A stretch of 63,699 nucleotides of DNA, filler included, from Octopus bimaculoides (GCF_001194135.2; 5 parts of 5 records of this genome joined end to end with filler, not necessarily neighbours in it), one strand, 5' to 3'. Numbered from the whole stretch's first letter, positions 11,941 through 24,372 are shown. The notes: generated by a model from the sequence alone, not told the origin. Numbers and translations: made by a program.

Positions 11941-13039
11941 ACTGGCATATGTCACTCAAACTGCCGATGTAAGTGGAGTAACTCTTCTTATAGTCAAAAG
12001 GTTCTACTCAACATAGTCTCCATTACAAATGACACATTTGCTCCATTATTGAACGCAACTTTCAGATCTACTTTGATAAAATAATTTTAAAAAAAGATTT
12101 TGTCTGCACGGTTGTACTTACATCTTCACAGCTACTTTCGTCTCGTGTGTATCGTCAAATCTTTTCCAGTGAGGACTGTACTTCAATTAGCCGGACTTCC
12201 ATCAACAAGTCGGAGGGTGTCAGAGTCAGGCTGTGTGACAGATGGGGGGAACCAATGGCCAGCCTAGTTTAACGATTGCTTGATAACGTTGCCAAAGATG
12301 TGTGACAGCACATTGTCTGGAAGTAAAACTAAATATACTGGCTACAGAAAAGATGGCTGGAGTGATCGATGATGCGTTGTACGTGGGCTGTGTTAATTTT
12401 ACTGTTGTTATTTGGCTCTAAGAACGTTTATATTCAAGCAAGCTTTCGAACAAAGACATTCTGCTGGGTATTTTTTCAGACGTTCGTTTCTTATTTTAAT
12501 TTAGTAAGGTTTGCTATGGGAGCGATGCCTTGCCTTGAAACCTCAATTTCTGTTGAAGTCGTAGGGTCAACGTTGAGACACGCAGCGCATGAGTCTTCTC
12601 CGTGCGTTCTTGGTGTGTTGCAGTGATCGGGGTTTTGCTAATAATTTCCTTGTCCATTTCCTTAATATTGTCCTTGTTCGTCCACCATCCCACGCCTGCT
12701 TGTCTTTACTTTTCTCTAAAAATTCTTTGAAGTATGCTATTTACAAGCCACTATATCTTATTAACATAGCCACCGTATGTCAGTTTCTTTTTGCTTTTCC
12801 TCTGGGTGGTTTTGCGTGCCTACTCTTTAATCGTCATAAGAGAGCAAATTCTTCTTTTTAGACGGAATGTATGTTCACAACACACTTGATTCGCTAAGAT
12901 CCGGGTATTTTGGGACGCCCGACATCTTGACATCGTTGTCCGTCCTCAGCGAAACCTACATCGAAGAAAAGAATATTACAAGGGTTTTGAGATTTGTTTA
13001 TAAATTGAAAAGTATCAATGGTCTATTCCATGCCATTGG

Positions 13040-13265
13040 TTCATAAGAACAGTTTCCCCGGATTCTGTGACGTATATATTCCCCATCCCTGGACAGGAAG
13101 CCGGTCTGTATCATTCTTACTCATTTTTGCCAGTTAAGTGAACTGGAACAGCGTGAAACGAAGTGTTCCGTTCAAGAATACAACACTTCACCCGGTTCAA
13201 GATTCGAAACCACAAACTTTCCCCCACGAGTACAACACCCTAACCACTAAGCCATACGCCTCCAC
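13040..13265 (-). mobile_element. SINE family D
   Basis: Ends gattcgaaaccac...ccctaaccactaagccatacgcctcc (reverse complement of the tRNA-like head). Confidence 0.8.
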
Positions 13266-13274
13266 ATTTATAAA

Positions 13275-13480
13275 ATACAGCGAACACGATGTGTTGTTCT
13301 GTTTTAAATATCAATTAGACATTATTTGCGTTCAACTTTACGTATTAAAATTTCTTCCGTTATTTCATCAAACTCTTCTATCTGTTTCATCTCCAACATT
13401 TCCCATATTATCTTTGAAAACAATACGCTCAATGTATTCAATTCAACCTCACTGCTGAACATGACATTAAACAAAAGTTA
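13275..13480 (-). repeat. Inverted diverged copy of the 10815-11020 repeat
   Basis: See 10815-11020. Confidence 0.65.
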
Positions 13481-13602
13481 TTTTCTAAATATTTCAAAAG
13501 AATTTTTGAATCAAAGATGATGCCACTACACAGTCACTCAGTTTACTAGAAATAGCAGCTAAATCTACCTTAAAATATATCTATAGTCGTAATAGTTGTT
13601 TC

Positions 13603-14022
13603 TAATTTTGGCACAAGACTAGCAATTGTGGGGAGGGGGGAAAGTCAATTACATCGACCCCAGTACTCAACTGGTACTTATTTTATCGAAATCGAAAGGA
13701 TGAAAGGCAAAGTCGACCTCGGAAGAATTTGGACTCAAAACGTAAGGACAGCTGAAATGCTTCCAAAAAATTTGTCTGCCACGATAATGATTCTCCTTAT
13801 CAACCATTGTAATAATATTATAGGCACAAGCCCTGAAATTTTGAGAGAGAGGGCTAGTGGATTACATCGGCCCCAGTGCCCAGCAGATACTTGTTTTACC
13901 GACCTCTAAAGGATGAAAGGACAAAGTCTACCTCGGCGGAATTTGAACTCAGAGCATAAAGACGGACGAAATGCCGCGCAGCAATTTTCCCGGTGTGCTA
14001 ACGATTCTTCTCGCTCGGCCAC
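13603..14022 (-). mobile_element. Two tandem SINE family A copies (about 13603-13790 and 13822-14022)
   Basis: Each has ggcacaag...acatcg.ccccag...aaaggatgaaagg...cctcgg..gaattt. Confidence 0.8.
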
Positions 14023-14548
14023 TTATCTACCATTGTCATAATGGAAGAACACATTAGTTAACGTAATCCTGAGAAACTTTAAAAATACGATTTGGTCACA
14101 TTTGGAAAGCCATTTGTCTTAGATCTGTTTGTTCTGAGTTGATGTGAGGCAAGAACTAATTCAAAATTTTCTTAAGTTTTGTAAATAATAAAGACGCTGG
14201 TTTTTGTATTCTCTTTTCTTTTCTTTTTTATTGTGTGTGTTTTAGAAGAAATTTATTTTGTTAACCCTCGCAGACATGTTAATTGATATATGTACATTCT
14301 TTCTTTCTCATGAATAATAAAATATTGCCCGTACAGGTTTGTGGACTAAAGATCGAACGAATCGAATCGATCTATTTATCTTATTTCTTTCCGTATCGTT
14401 TATTTTATTCTATTTATTTTTTTTTTTTTTCAAAAAATTCTATTATTTCCTTTCAAATCCCATTATAGGTATTCGTTCTTCTAAAAAAGATTTCAAGATT
14501 GAAACCAACATTGCTTCTATTAGACACTAACCGTAGCTTTAGAGTTTT

Positions 14549-14584
<36 letters not shown>

Positions 14585-15059
14585 CGGAAATTTATTCAGG
14601 AAGGACCAACTTAAAAATAAATAGAATTATTCAATACGACATTTTGAAAGTCACAATAATATAATATGCAGACTCGATATCTAATTGAGTAAACTTATTA
14701 TTTTCACATTATTAAATTAAGAACTTTCCTTAAAGAAATAAAAAATTCAATATAATATCTATTTATTTATGTATTTATATAATTAGATATCCTTTTTTTC
14801 CATAAACGAATTTTACGTCCCATTTTTTTATGTCATATTTTTATATATTATTTCAGTGTCCAAAGGCAACGAAGTATGCTCGAGGCGGACTAGAGCTGTA
14901 TGACATTGTACCAACAATAGCTACCCATCTTAGTATCACTAGTATTTGCAACATACGTATGTCCATCATCAGAGGAAATCTATTAAATACTGAAGCGGGA
15001 ACGTACAATTCCAGTAGAACGAATTTTAAAATGGACGATAAATACGCCCTCTCACTTTT

Positions 15060-15397
15060 CTTTTACTTGTTTCAGTTATTTGACTGCGGCCATGCTAGAG
15101 CACCGCCTTAAAGGATGTTAGTCGAAGAAATCGACCCCAAGACTTATTCTTTGTAAGCCCAGTACATATTCTATCGGTCTCTTTTGCTGAACTGCTAAGT
15201 CGCCGAGACATAAACACACCAGCATCGGTTATGAGGCGATGGTGGTGGGACAAACACAGACAAAAAATCCACTCACATGGCTTTGGTCGGCCTAGACTAT
15301 AGCAGAAAACACGTGCACAAGGTGCCACACGGTGAGACAGAACCCGAAACCGTGTGGTTGGAAGCAAGCTTCTTATCACACAGCCACGCCTGCGCCT
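15060..15397 (-). mobile_element. SINE family C, full length
   Basis: Head ...cttcttatcacacagccacgcctgcgcc through tail gactgcggccatgctagagcaccgcc. Confidence 0.9.
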
Positions 15398-15407
15398 ACC
15401 ATAAGAA

Positions 15408-15730
15408 ATTATTATTATTATTATTATTATTATTATACACTCAACAGATTAGACTGTTGGAAAAGAAAACAATCCTAACATCAGGCTACAACAAGTTGCT
15501 TTAGATGCCAAGAACCCTCCTAAATATCCTAGCTGTCACTGATAACACTGTTTTCTGAATCTGTACTAAACTGGGCTTTCTGCCTCTTTCCTCTATCCAT
15601 CTGTTCAGATCTTTAGGGATAGTTCCCAATGCACCTATAATTACTGGGATACATTTTACCTGCACTTTCTATTGACTCTGTCATTCAACAGCTAGGTCCT
15701 GATACTTTGCAGTTTTTTCTATACTTCTCA
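15408..15730 (-). mobile_element. R4/Dong-type LINE 3' end (subfamily of 26310-29260)
   Basis: Reverse complement parallels 28960-29260 (VIIGALGTIPKDLNRWIEE and the same 3' UTR); ends in (AAT)n. Confidence 0.85.
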
Positions 15731-15767
15731 TATTAATTCTTTCATCATCATTATTCTTCTTCTTTTC

Positions 15768-15980
15768 TACTCTAGGCACAAGGCCCGAATTTTTTTGTGG
15801 GAGGAGAGGGTCAGTCGATTAGATAGAGCCCAGTACGCAACCGGTATTTAATTTATCGACCCCGAAAGGATAAAAGGCAAAGTCGACCTCAGCGGAATTT
15901 GAACTCAGAAAATAAAGACAGACGAAATACCGCTTAACATTTCGCCCGACGTGCTAAGGTTTCTGCCAGTTGGCCGCCTT
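15768..15980 (-). mobile_element. SINE family A, full length
   Basis: Aligns with the reverse complement of 904-1118. Confidence 0.88.
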
Positions 15981-16108
15981 ATCATCGTCATTGTTGTTAT
16001 TACTAGGGCACCCGTTAAACGATGTGAAGTTTAATGTCCTATTTTTTCTCATATATGCCCAAAAGTAATTGAAAGTATCAATAACCAGTTTTACATATAT
16101 TTACATAA

Positions 16109-16166
<58 letters not shown>

Positions 16167-16276
16167 ATATATATATATATATATATATGGGAGAATATAC
16201 GAAAAAACAACAGACGAGGACAGGTGGTGTAAATAACAAAAGGATGTATTAGTATGACGCTCGGGAATACGGAAAG

Positions 16277-16313
16277 TCTTTGACGTTTCGAGCTACGCTC
16301 TTCAACAGAAAGA
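16277..16313 (-). ncRNA. Minimal type I hammerhead-ribozyme-like motif inside a ~150-bp repeat (16188-16345)
   Basis: RNA reads UCUUU CUGUUGA A GAGC GUA GCUC GAAA CG UC AAAGA: 5-bp stem I, 4-bp stem II, palindromic ACGU stem III, GUC site; core has A6>U. Confidence 0.55.
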
Positions 16314-16910
16314 ATACGGAGACAAGGAGAAAAACACGGAGAAAAAAAAATGGGAGAAAAAAAATTNNNNNNNNNNNNNNNNNNNNNNNNNNNNNNNNNN
16401 NNNNNNNNNNNNNNNNNNNNNNNNNNNNNNNNNNNNNNNNNNNNNNNNNNNNNNNNNNNNNNNNNNNNNNNNNNNNNNNNNNNNNNNNNNNNNNNNNNNN
16501 NNNNNNNNNNNNNNNNNNNNNNNNNNNNNNNNNNNNNNNNNNNNNNNNNNNNNNNNNNNNNNNNNNNNNNNNNNNNNNNNNNNNNNNNNNNNNNNNNNNN
16601 NNNNNNNNNNNNNNNNNNNNNNNNNNNNNNNNNNNNNNNNNNNNNNNNNNNNNNNNNNNNNNNNNNNNNNNNNNNNNNNNNNNNNNNNNNNNNNNNNNNN
16701 NNNNNNNNNNNNNNNNNNNNNNNNNNNNNNNNNNNNNNNNNNNNNNNNNNNNNNNNNNNNNNNNNNNNNNNNNNNNNNNNNNNNNNNNNNNNNNNNNNNN
16801 NNNNNNNNNNNNNNNNNNNNNNNNNNNNNNNNNNNNNNNNNNNNNNNNNNNNNNNNNNNNNNNNNNNNNNNNNNNNNNNNNNNNNNNNNNNNNNNNNNNN
16901 NNNNNNNNNN

Positions 16911-16965
<55 letters not shown>

Positions 16966-17476
16966 ATGTATGTATGTATGTATGTGTGTATTATACAAGT
17001 TTATTAGATATTTTATACACACATTATAAATCCATGACAAAAAATAAATAATACATATAAGTAATAATCAGTAACTGCTCAACAACAGTTGAGTGTGTTC
17101 GCAGCCAGTGCAAAAATTGGTAATGCATATCTGGCTTTGATACTACACTCTCCTGATTCCAAACAGTCACATTTGAAAATAAAATGGAAACAGAATGTGC
17201 ACTTGTTGAAACTCATCTTTAAACTGTTTGTTTTAAATAATGAATCCGCAAATCTCCATATAACAAATAAATATTACCATGAATGGTACTGCATCAGGGT
17301 ACTATTGCATGCCATCAAAGTGACACTGGGGTAAAAATATACAAAGCTCAGTATACCGATCGTATCCCACATTATTATTATTCAGATCGTGTCGTATAGC
17401 CAGTTGGAGGATCATAGCTCCACATACTAAAAATATATTTACTCCTTTATTGCTTCTAAGTACATAATAGGTGTGT

Positions 17477-17845
17477 GGAGGCGCAATGGCCCAGTGGTTA
17501 GGGCAGCGGACTCGCGGTCTTAGGATTGCTGTTTCGATTCCTAGACCGGGCGTTGTGAGTGTTTATTGAACGAAAACACTTAAAGCTCCACGAGGCTCCG
17601 GCAGGAGGTAGTGGTGAACCCTGCTGTACTCTTTCACCACAACTGTCTTTCATTCTTTCTTCCTGTTTCTGTTGTACCTGTATTTCAAAGGGCCAGCCTT
17701 GTCACGCTGAATATCCCCGAGAACTACGTTAAAGGTACACGTGTCTGTGGAGTGCTCAGCCACTTGCACGTTAATTTCACGAGCACACTGTTCCGTTGAT
17801 CGGATCAACTGGAACACTCGACGTCGTAAGCGACGGAGTGCCAAC
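17477..17845 (+). mobile_element. SINE family B, full length
   Basis: ggaggcgcaatggcccagtggttagggcagcggactcgcgg (A box)...gtttcgattcc (B box)...cgacggagtgccaac. Confidence 0.9.
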
Positions 17846-18277
17846 CACCACATAACAGGTGTGCAGTGCCTAGCACTACTATCTTTTATACAGTTTATAT
17901 AGTATTAACACAGACTCTAGTAATGCTACATTCTATATCTTACGTACATATATAAGTTCTTTACATGTGACTACGTCATTCTTTAATTATCCCCAAGACA
18001 TCTATAATCATGAATAGTTTATTATCATTATCATTATCGTTATTACTTATTATTAATACTAACGTCAGCTTCATAATAATTTTTATTAGGTTTTTCTGCC
18101 AAACGAGATTATCTTTTGTTCAAGTAAAACATAAAACAGCTGACAATTATGTTCATATATGTCTAGATATCAATGTCTGATTTCTTTTCTGCTTGTTTGT
18201 CAGAATATCTATCTAGCTATCTATCTAGTTACCTACCTACCTATATATGTATGTATATATATATGTATACCCGTATG

Positions 18278-18322
<45 letters not shown>

Positions 18323-18367
18323 GTATATATATATATGTATGCACGTATGTATGAATGTATGCGCGTA

Positions 18368-18433
<66 letters not shown>

Positions 18434-18627
18434 ACCATCTATCTATTAACCTAGCCATCCGTCAATCAGTCTATCTATCAATCTGTCACGCCTATACATA
18501 TATACAGGGTGTACCTACATATATAAATATATATATATATCTTTATATACAAATGTATGTGTGCGTGCGCGTGCGCGCGTGTGTATACATGTGTATGTAT
18601 AAGTAAATATATATGCATATATATATT

Positions 18628-18752
18628 CTTTTTCTTTTATTCTTTTATTTGGTTCAGTCGTTTGACTGTGGTCATGCTGGAGCACCGCCTTTAGTCGAAC
18701 CAATCGAACCCAGGACTTATTTTTTGTAAGCCTATTACTTATTCTATCGTTT
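18628..18752 (-). mobile_element. SINE family C, tail
   Basis: ttcagtcgtttgactgtggtcatgctggagcaccgcctttagtcg. Confidence 0.8.
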
Positions 18753-18756
18753 TTTT

Positions 18757-19215
18757 GTCGATAAATTAAGTACCAGCTGCGTTCTGGGGTCGATCTAATT
18801 GACTGGCTTCCTCCCCAGAGTAGGAAAGAACCGTCAGCGCGCCGGGCAAAATGCTTAGCGGGTTTTTCGTCTGTCTTTACGTTCTGAGTTCAAATTCAGC
18901 CGAGGTCGACTTCGCCTTTCATCGGGTCGGAGTCGATAAATTAAATACCAGTTGCATACTGGGGTTGATCTAATCGGCTGGCTCCCTCTTACTAAATTTC
19001 AGGCCTTATGCCTATAGTAGAAAAGAATCGCTAGCATTCCCATCAAAAATGCTCAGGGGCACTTTATCCGTTGACGATGTTCGTTTATATTCCGCTGAGG
19101 TCTATTTTACCTTTCATTCTTTCGGGTCGATAAAATAAGTACCAGTTGTACACTGGGGTTTATGTAATCGACCTCCCCTGAAATAACTGGCCTTGTGCCA
19201 AAATTTTAAAAATCA
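18757..19215 (+). mobile_element. Three adjacent SINE family A copies (one partial, two near complete)
   Basis: gtcgataaa.taa.taccag occurs near 18758, 18930 and 19125. Confidence 0.8.
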
Positions 19216-19971
19216 ATATTTATTTTGGCTTTTTACCCATGGCATCATATGATTGGTAACTTTGTACGTAATTTTTTAAAAATTCATTTTGTATTTCAAC
19301 AAATATTTAACACATTAATTGTCTAACATCCAAACACCTCTCATTTTTTTTGTAACCTTCTCTCACCCACCTCCATCTGCTTTTGAAAAACTCTCACCCA
19401 CCACATCTTTCCAATGTTTTAGTGTATGCCTGTATGCATGATGCCTTTTGGATAATAAAGTAAAGATTGATACTGCTTTTATTATTAGTTGTAATATTAT
19501 TCTTCTAGTTGTTCTTGTAACCTTTGTTGTTATTATTATTAATTTAATGCATTATCGTTTTGTTTCTTTATGTTTATTTTATATTTATTTTACATGTATT
19601 TTGTCAGACTCTTCTGACTTCAAAGTCGTCACAGTTTTCTGTTTATCTTATTATTATTGATGCTGCGGTAGTTATCTTTCCGTTTTCTTTTTCTTATGTC
19701 TTCTTTACTTTCTTTTATTTCCTAATTTTCTTTTTCTTTTTATTTTTGTTTATACTCTGCTACTTCTTCATCAAGTTCTTGCTATCATTTTTATCATCAT
19801 CCTCCTCCTTTTAATACAAGAGAGAGAGAGAGAGAGGTGGGAGAAGAGAAGGGAGACATTATAAAACCGTACAATGACGTTACAGAAAGAACGTTTAATA
19901 ACGAAATTAAAAGTCATGTATATGTGTGCCTTAAAATATGCATGTGTCTTTGTGTGTGTGTGTGTGTGTGA

Positions 19972-20002
<31 letters not shown>

Positions 20003-20245
20003 TGTGTCTGTGTCTGTGTGTATCCTTATAAATGTGTGTGTATATATCTACGTATATGTGCGTTTGGCTTTATTGCTTTTATTTTTAATCTTATTCTTAT
20101 ATGTTTTCAAAATTATGTCCTAAAGATTTCATAAAATTATTACTTGAAAAAAATATGATATAATTCTTTAAAAAATATAGAAAATTAATTAATTAATCAT
20201 ATTATAGTAATTTATATTTTATTCTATTTATATTTCGAAATTATC

Positions 20246-20345
20246 NNNNNNNNNNNNNNNNNNNNNNNNNNNNNNNNNNNNNNNNNNNNTTAATTAATTA
20301 ANNNNNNNNNNNNNNNNNNNNNNNNNNNNNNNNNNNNNNNNNNNN
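20246..20345. other. Artificial assembly join (44N-TTAATTAATTAA-44N)
   Basis: Same block as 9835-9934. Confidence 0.9.
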
Positions 20346-20353
20346 TATATATA

Positions 20354-21277
20354 TACTGGTACGGTGAACATATTGTCGTCTAAATTACGCATGAATGAAA
20401 ATAACACAGACATCACATTTTAACAGATATATTTACCAAAATTACATATTATCTTGAAATACTAAAGAATGAATTTATTCAATAAAGTCGCCATTGGCTT
20501 CTACTACGGCCTCCAGAATCTCTTCGGAATCTCTTGCAACTCTTCTGGATCGTCTGGTGAAAGCTACCATAATCCTTGCCTTCAGTTCTTCTTTGGTGTT
20601 GCAATGGAATTTTTGTTGGTCTCTCGCTCATTTGCTCCCCATACATAATAACCAAGGGGGTTGCAGTCTGGGGAGTTAGGTGGCCAGATGTTAGTGCTAT
20701 TGTGATTTCAGAAATTATCTGACCGCCATGACTGGGTTCACCTGCTTGTGTGGCATGGTACAGATTCCTATTGCCAGACATAGGGTCTTTCCTTAGCTAC
20801 CCACTTGACACAGGGTAGCACTAACTCCTCCAGGCACTTGATGTAGGCCTCCGTGTTGAGTCTGAGGCTGTATGAGAAGATGAATGGAAGCATAACGTCA
20901 CCATCCAGTCAACATCATGGTGTTTGGAGTGATCAAACATCATGTTTGGATTTTTGATTCTTATCACTCTTGGTACATGTTTTTGGGACACGGCAAGCCA
21001 ATATTTGTTTTGTATGTTCACCATCTGTTCGTATTGGACCTTCCGGCGCGAATGTCAAGCAGTACAGCATCTCGTTTACAGATTTCTGGCAGAGTGAATT
21101 GCGTCATGGGGTTGTTTTTCTCACAGACGGTGTCCAACCGACCGTACTACATGAAAATAAAGGAAATATTAGTTAACAAAATGAAAAGAAATGTGTAGTT
21201 AACAAAATCAAAAACAGACAATGCGCATGCACGAAATTAAAACTATAAAATGATGATAATTTACCCATCGCATCCTA
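20354..21277 (-). mobile_element. maT (DD37D-type) Tc1/mariner transposon, internally deleted
   Basis: Termini match those of 50949-51814 (aatttacccatcgcatccta; tattgtcgtctaaattacgc); encodes QMVNIQNKYWLAVSQKHVPRVIR and the WPPNSPDCNP region with frameshifts. Confidence 0.85.
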
Positions 21278-22675
21278 TATATGTGTGTGTATATATATAT
21301 ATGTTTATANNNNNNNNNNNNNNNNNNNNNNNNNNNNNNNNNNNNNNNNNNNNNNNNNNNNNNNNNNNNNNNNNNNNNNNNNNNNNNNNNNNNNNNNNNN
21401 NNNNNNNNNNNNNNNNNNNNNNNNNNNNNNNNNNNNNNNNNNNNNNNNNNNNNNNNNNNNNNNNNNNNNNNNNNNNNNNNNNNNNNNNNNNNNNNNNNNN
21501 NNNNNNNNNNNNNNNNNNNNNNNNNNNNNNNNNNNNNNNNNNNNNNNNNNNNNNNNNNNNNNNNNNNNNNNNNNNNNNNNNNNNNNNNNNNNNNNNNNNN
21601 NNNNNNNNNNNNNNNNNNNNNNNNNNNNNNNNNNNNNNNNNNNNNNNNNNNNNNNNNNNNNNNNNNNNNNNNNNNNNNNNNNNNNNNNNNNNNNNNNNNN
21701 NNNNNNNNNNNNNNNNNNNNNNNNNNNNNNNNNNNNNNNNNNNNNNNNNNNNNNNNNNNNNNNNNNNNNNNNNNNNNNNNNNNNNNNNNNNNNNNNNNNN
21801 NNNNNNNNNNNNNNNNNNNNNNNNNNNNNNNNNNNNNNNNNNNNNNNNNNNNNNNNNNNNNNNNNNNNNNNNNNNNNNNNNNNNNNNNNNNNNNNNNNNN
21901 NNNNNNNNNNNNNNNNNNNNNNNNNNNNNNNNNNNNNNNNNNNNNNNNNNNNNNNNNNNNNNNNNNNNNNNNNNNNNNNNNNNNNNNNNNNNNNNNNNNN
22001 NNNNNNNNNNNNNNNNNNNNNNNNNNNNNNNNNNNNNNNNNNNNNNNNNNNNNNNNNNNNNNNNNNNNNNNNNNNNNNNNNNNNNNNNNNNNNNNNNNNN
22101 NNNNNNNNNNNNNNNNNNNNNNNNNNNNNNNNNNNNNNNNNNNNNNNNNNNNNNNNNNNNNNNNNNNNNNNNNNNNNNNNNNNNNNNNNNNNNNNNNNNT
22201 ATATACACTCACACACTTACACACACACACACATATTTATAACGACAGATGTGATACTGAGATTCTATGTATATCGCGAGCAGAGAAATCGTCGCTCTCT
22301 CCAGCCACCTTTCGGACGTCTAGTATTGACAAGACAAAGGAAAGCTGAAATCATGGGATTTGGCAGTCCTGGCACGATTTGAGAGTCCCATGGACTGGGC
22401 GGCCTGCTTACAGTATATATAAGTGTCCTTATATGCACCACAAATTCATATAAGAGGTTCTTTCGTGTTACTATCAAAGTATTCTGTGTTGTAAGATATG
22501 CACTATTAAGTGGGGATAAACATTACTTTTTGATAAATATATACAAACAGAGTGGGTGAAAATAAGTGTAATACGCTCCGGAATTGTTACAGATATGTTC
22601 CAATTGTTCTAAATTGGAACAAAATAAATAAAATAATTATGAATACACACGCACTTGTGCTTGATGAACAAAATA

Positions 22676-22758
<83 letters not shown>
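22676..22758. repeat. (AAT)n microsatellite
   Basis: Direct reading. Confidence 0.95.
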
Positions 22759-22996
22759 GTAGAATATAAAGCAAGACATGACAGAGTCAGAGTTGGCCAG
22801 TATTTACACTGGACAATATGTCAGCATTATAAAATCAAAACCGCTGACAAATGGTATAAACACCATCCTGAAGCTGTGACTGAAGGAGAAAATGTATCGA
22901 TTCTCTGGGACTTCCCCGTACATACTGACAAGGCTATAAAAGCTAATAAACCGGATATCATCATAAAAGATCAGGCAAAGAAGACGTGTTTATTAN
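22759..22996 (+). mobile_element. R4/Dong-type LINE fragment, restriction-like endonuclease (RLE) region
   Basis: YLHWTICQHYKIKTADKWYKHHPEAVTEGENVSILWDFPVHTDKAIKANKPDIIIKD; starts immediately after (AAT)n. Confidence 0.88.
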
Positions 22997-23580
22997 NNNN
23001 NNNNNNNNNNNNNNNNNNNNNNNNNNNNNNNNNNNNNNNNNNNNNNNNNNNNNNNNNNNNNNNNNNNNNNNNNNNNNNNNNNNNNNNNNNNNNNNNNNNN
23101 NNNNNNNNNNNNNNNNNNNNNNNNNNNNNNNNNNNNNNNNNNNNNNNNNNNNNNNNNNNNNNNNNNNNNNNNNNNNNNNNNNNNNNNNNNNNNNNNNNNN
23201 NNNNNNNNNNNNNNNNNNNNNNNNNNNNNNNNNNNNNNNNNNNNNNNNNNNNNNNNNNNNNNNNNNNNNNNNNNNNNNNNNNNNNNNNNNNNNNNNNNNN
23301 NNNNNNNNNNNNNNNNNNNNNNNNNNNNNNNNNNNNNNNNNNNNNNNNNNNNNNNNNNNNNNNNNNNNNNNNNNNNNNNNNNNNNNNNNNNNNNNNNNNN
23401 NNNNNNNNNNNNNNNNNNNNNNNNNNNNNNNNNNNNNNNNNNNNNNNNNNNNNNNNNNNNNNNNNNNNNNNNNNNNNNNNNNNNNNNNNNNNNNNNNNNN
23501 NNNNNNNNNNNNNNNNNNNNNNNNNNNNNNNNNNNNNNNNNNNNNNAGGAAAAAAACAACATAATAATAATAATAATAAA

Positions 23581-24372
23581 TGGCTCACGAAAGGGAAAAC
23601 CATCTTAATTCCCAAATCCACGGAAACGGAGAAACCACAAAACTATAGACCTATAACCTGTCTCCCTACAATCTACAAAGCCTTTACTGCAATAATATCG
23701 CAGAGATTGAGTAAGCACCTGGAAAATAACAACCTGTTTCCAGAAGAGCAGAAGGGATGCTGCAAGTGCTCATACGGCTGTAAAGATCAATTAATGATCA
23801 ATAAAGCCATAACTGAAGACAGCCGCAGAAAGAAGAAAGGCCTCAGTATGGCCTGGATCGACTACCGAAAGGCTTTCAACTGTGTTCCCCACATGTGGAT
23901 CCTCGAAACACTAGCCATAAACAAGGTGGCACCAATTATTATAAAATACATAAGGCACTCTATGAATAAATGGCAGACAGTGCTACAGCTCCAAACAAAA
24001 GAGGGACTCGTGAAAACGAAAGCCATCCCCATTAGCAGAGGAATATTCCAGGGAGACACGCTCTCTCCACTCCTGTTCTACCTGACACTCACACCTTTAA
24101 CTGAATTGCTAAATAGAATTGGATGCGGATACAAACGTTACGGCAAAACAGTCAGCCACCTTTTATATCTGGATGACCTAAAATTATACGCTAGAAACGA
24201 TAAAGAGCTAGAAACACTACTACAGACAGTACATGGATTTACCAAGGAAATAGATATGAAATTCGGATTAGAAAAATGTGCCAAAGCAACCCTGAAAAGA
24301 GGAAAACTAGTTAAGAGTAGCAAGATCACACTAGATAAAGCCAATGAAATAAGAGAACTAGACGAAAATCAG
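23581..24372 (+). mobile_element. R4/Dong-type LINE reverse transcriptase fragment, uninterrupted frame
   Basis: NYRPITCLPTIYK, EEQKG, WIDYRKAF, GIFQGDTLSPLLF, HLLYLDDLKLYA, FGLEKCA; starts directly after (AAT)n; truncated at its 3' end. Confidence 0.92.

Noticed and set aside
12480-12960. Decayed coding-like sequence on the minus strand
   Set aside because: All frames have stops and I recognise no motif; it cannot be assigned without BLASTX.
14925-14980. Minus-strand CTGATGA followed by palindromes acatacgtatgt and actagt
   Set aside because: The GAAA is missing and there is no stem I, so it does not fit a hammerhead.
17477-17555. tRNA-like sequence with A and B boxes (also 8059, 45921, 50111 and others)
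   Set aside because: There is no proper acceptor stem, and each continues into a conserved SINE body; these are SINE heads, not tRNA genes.
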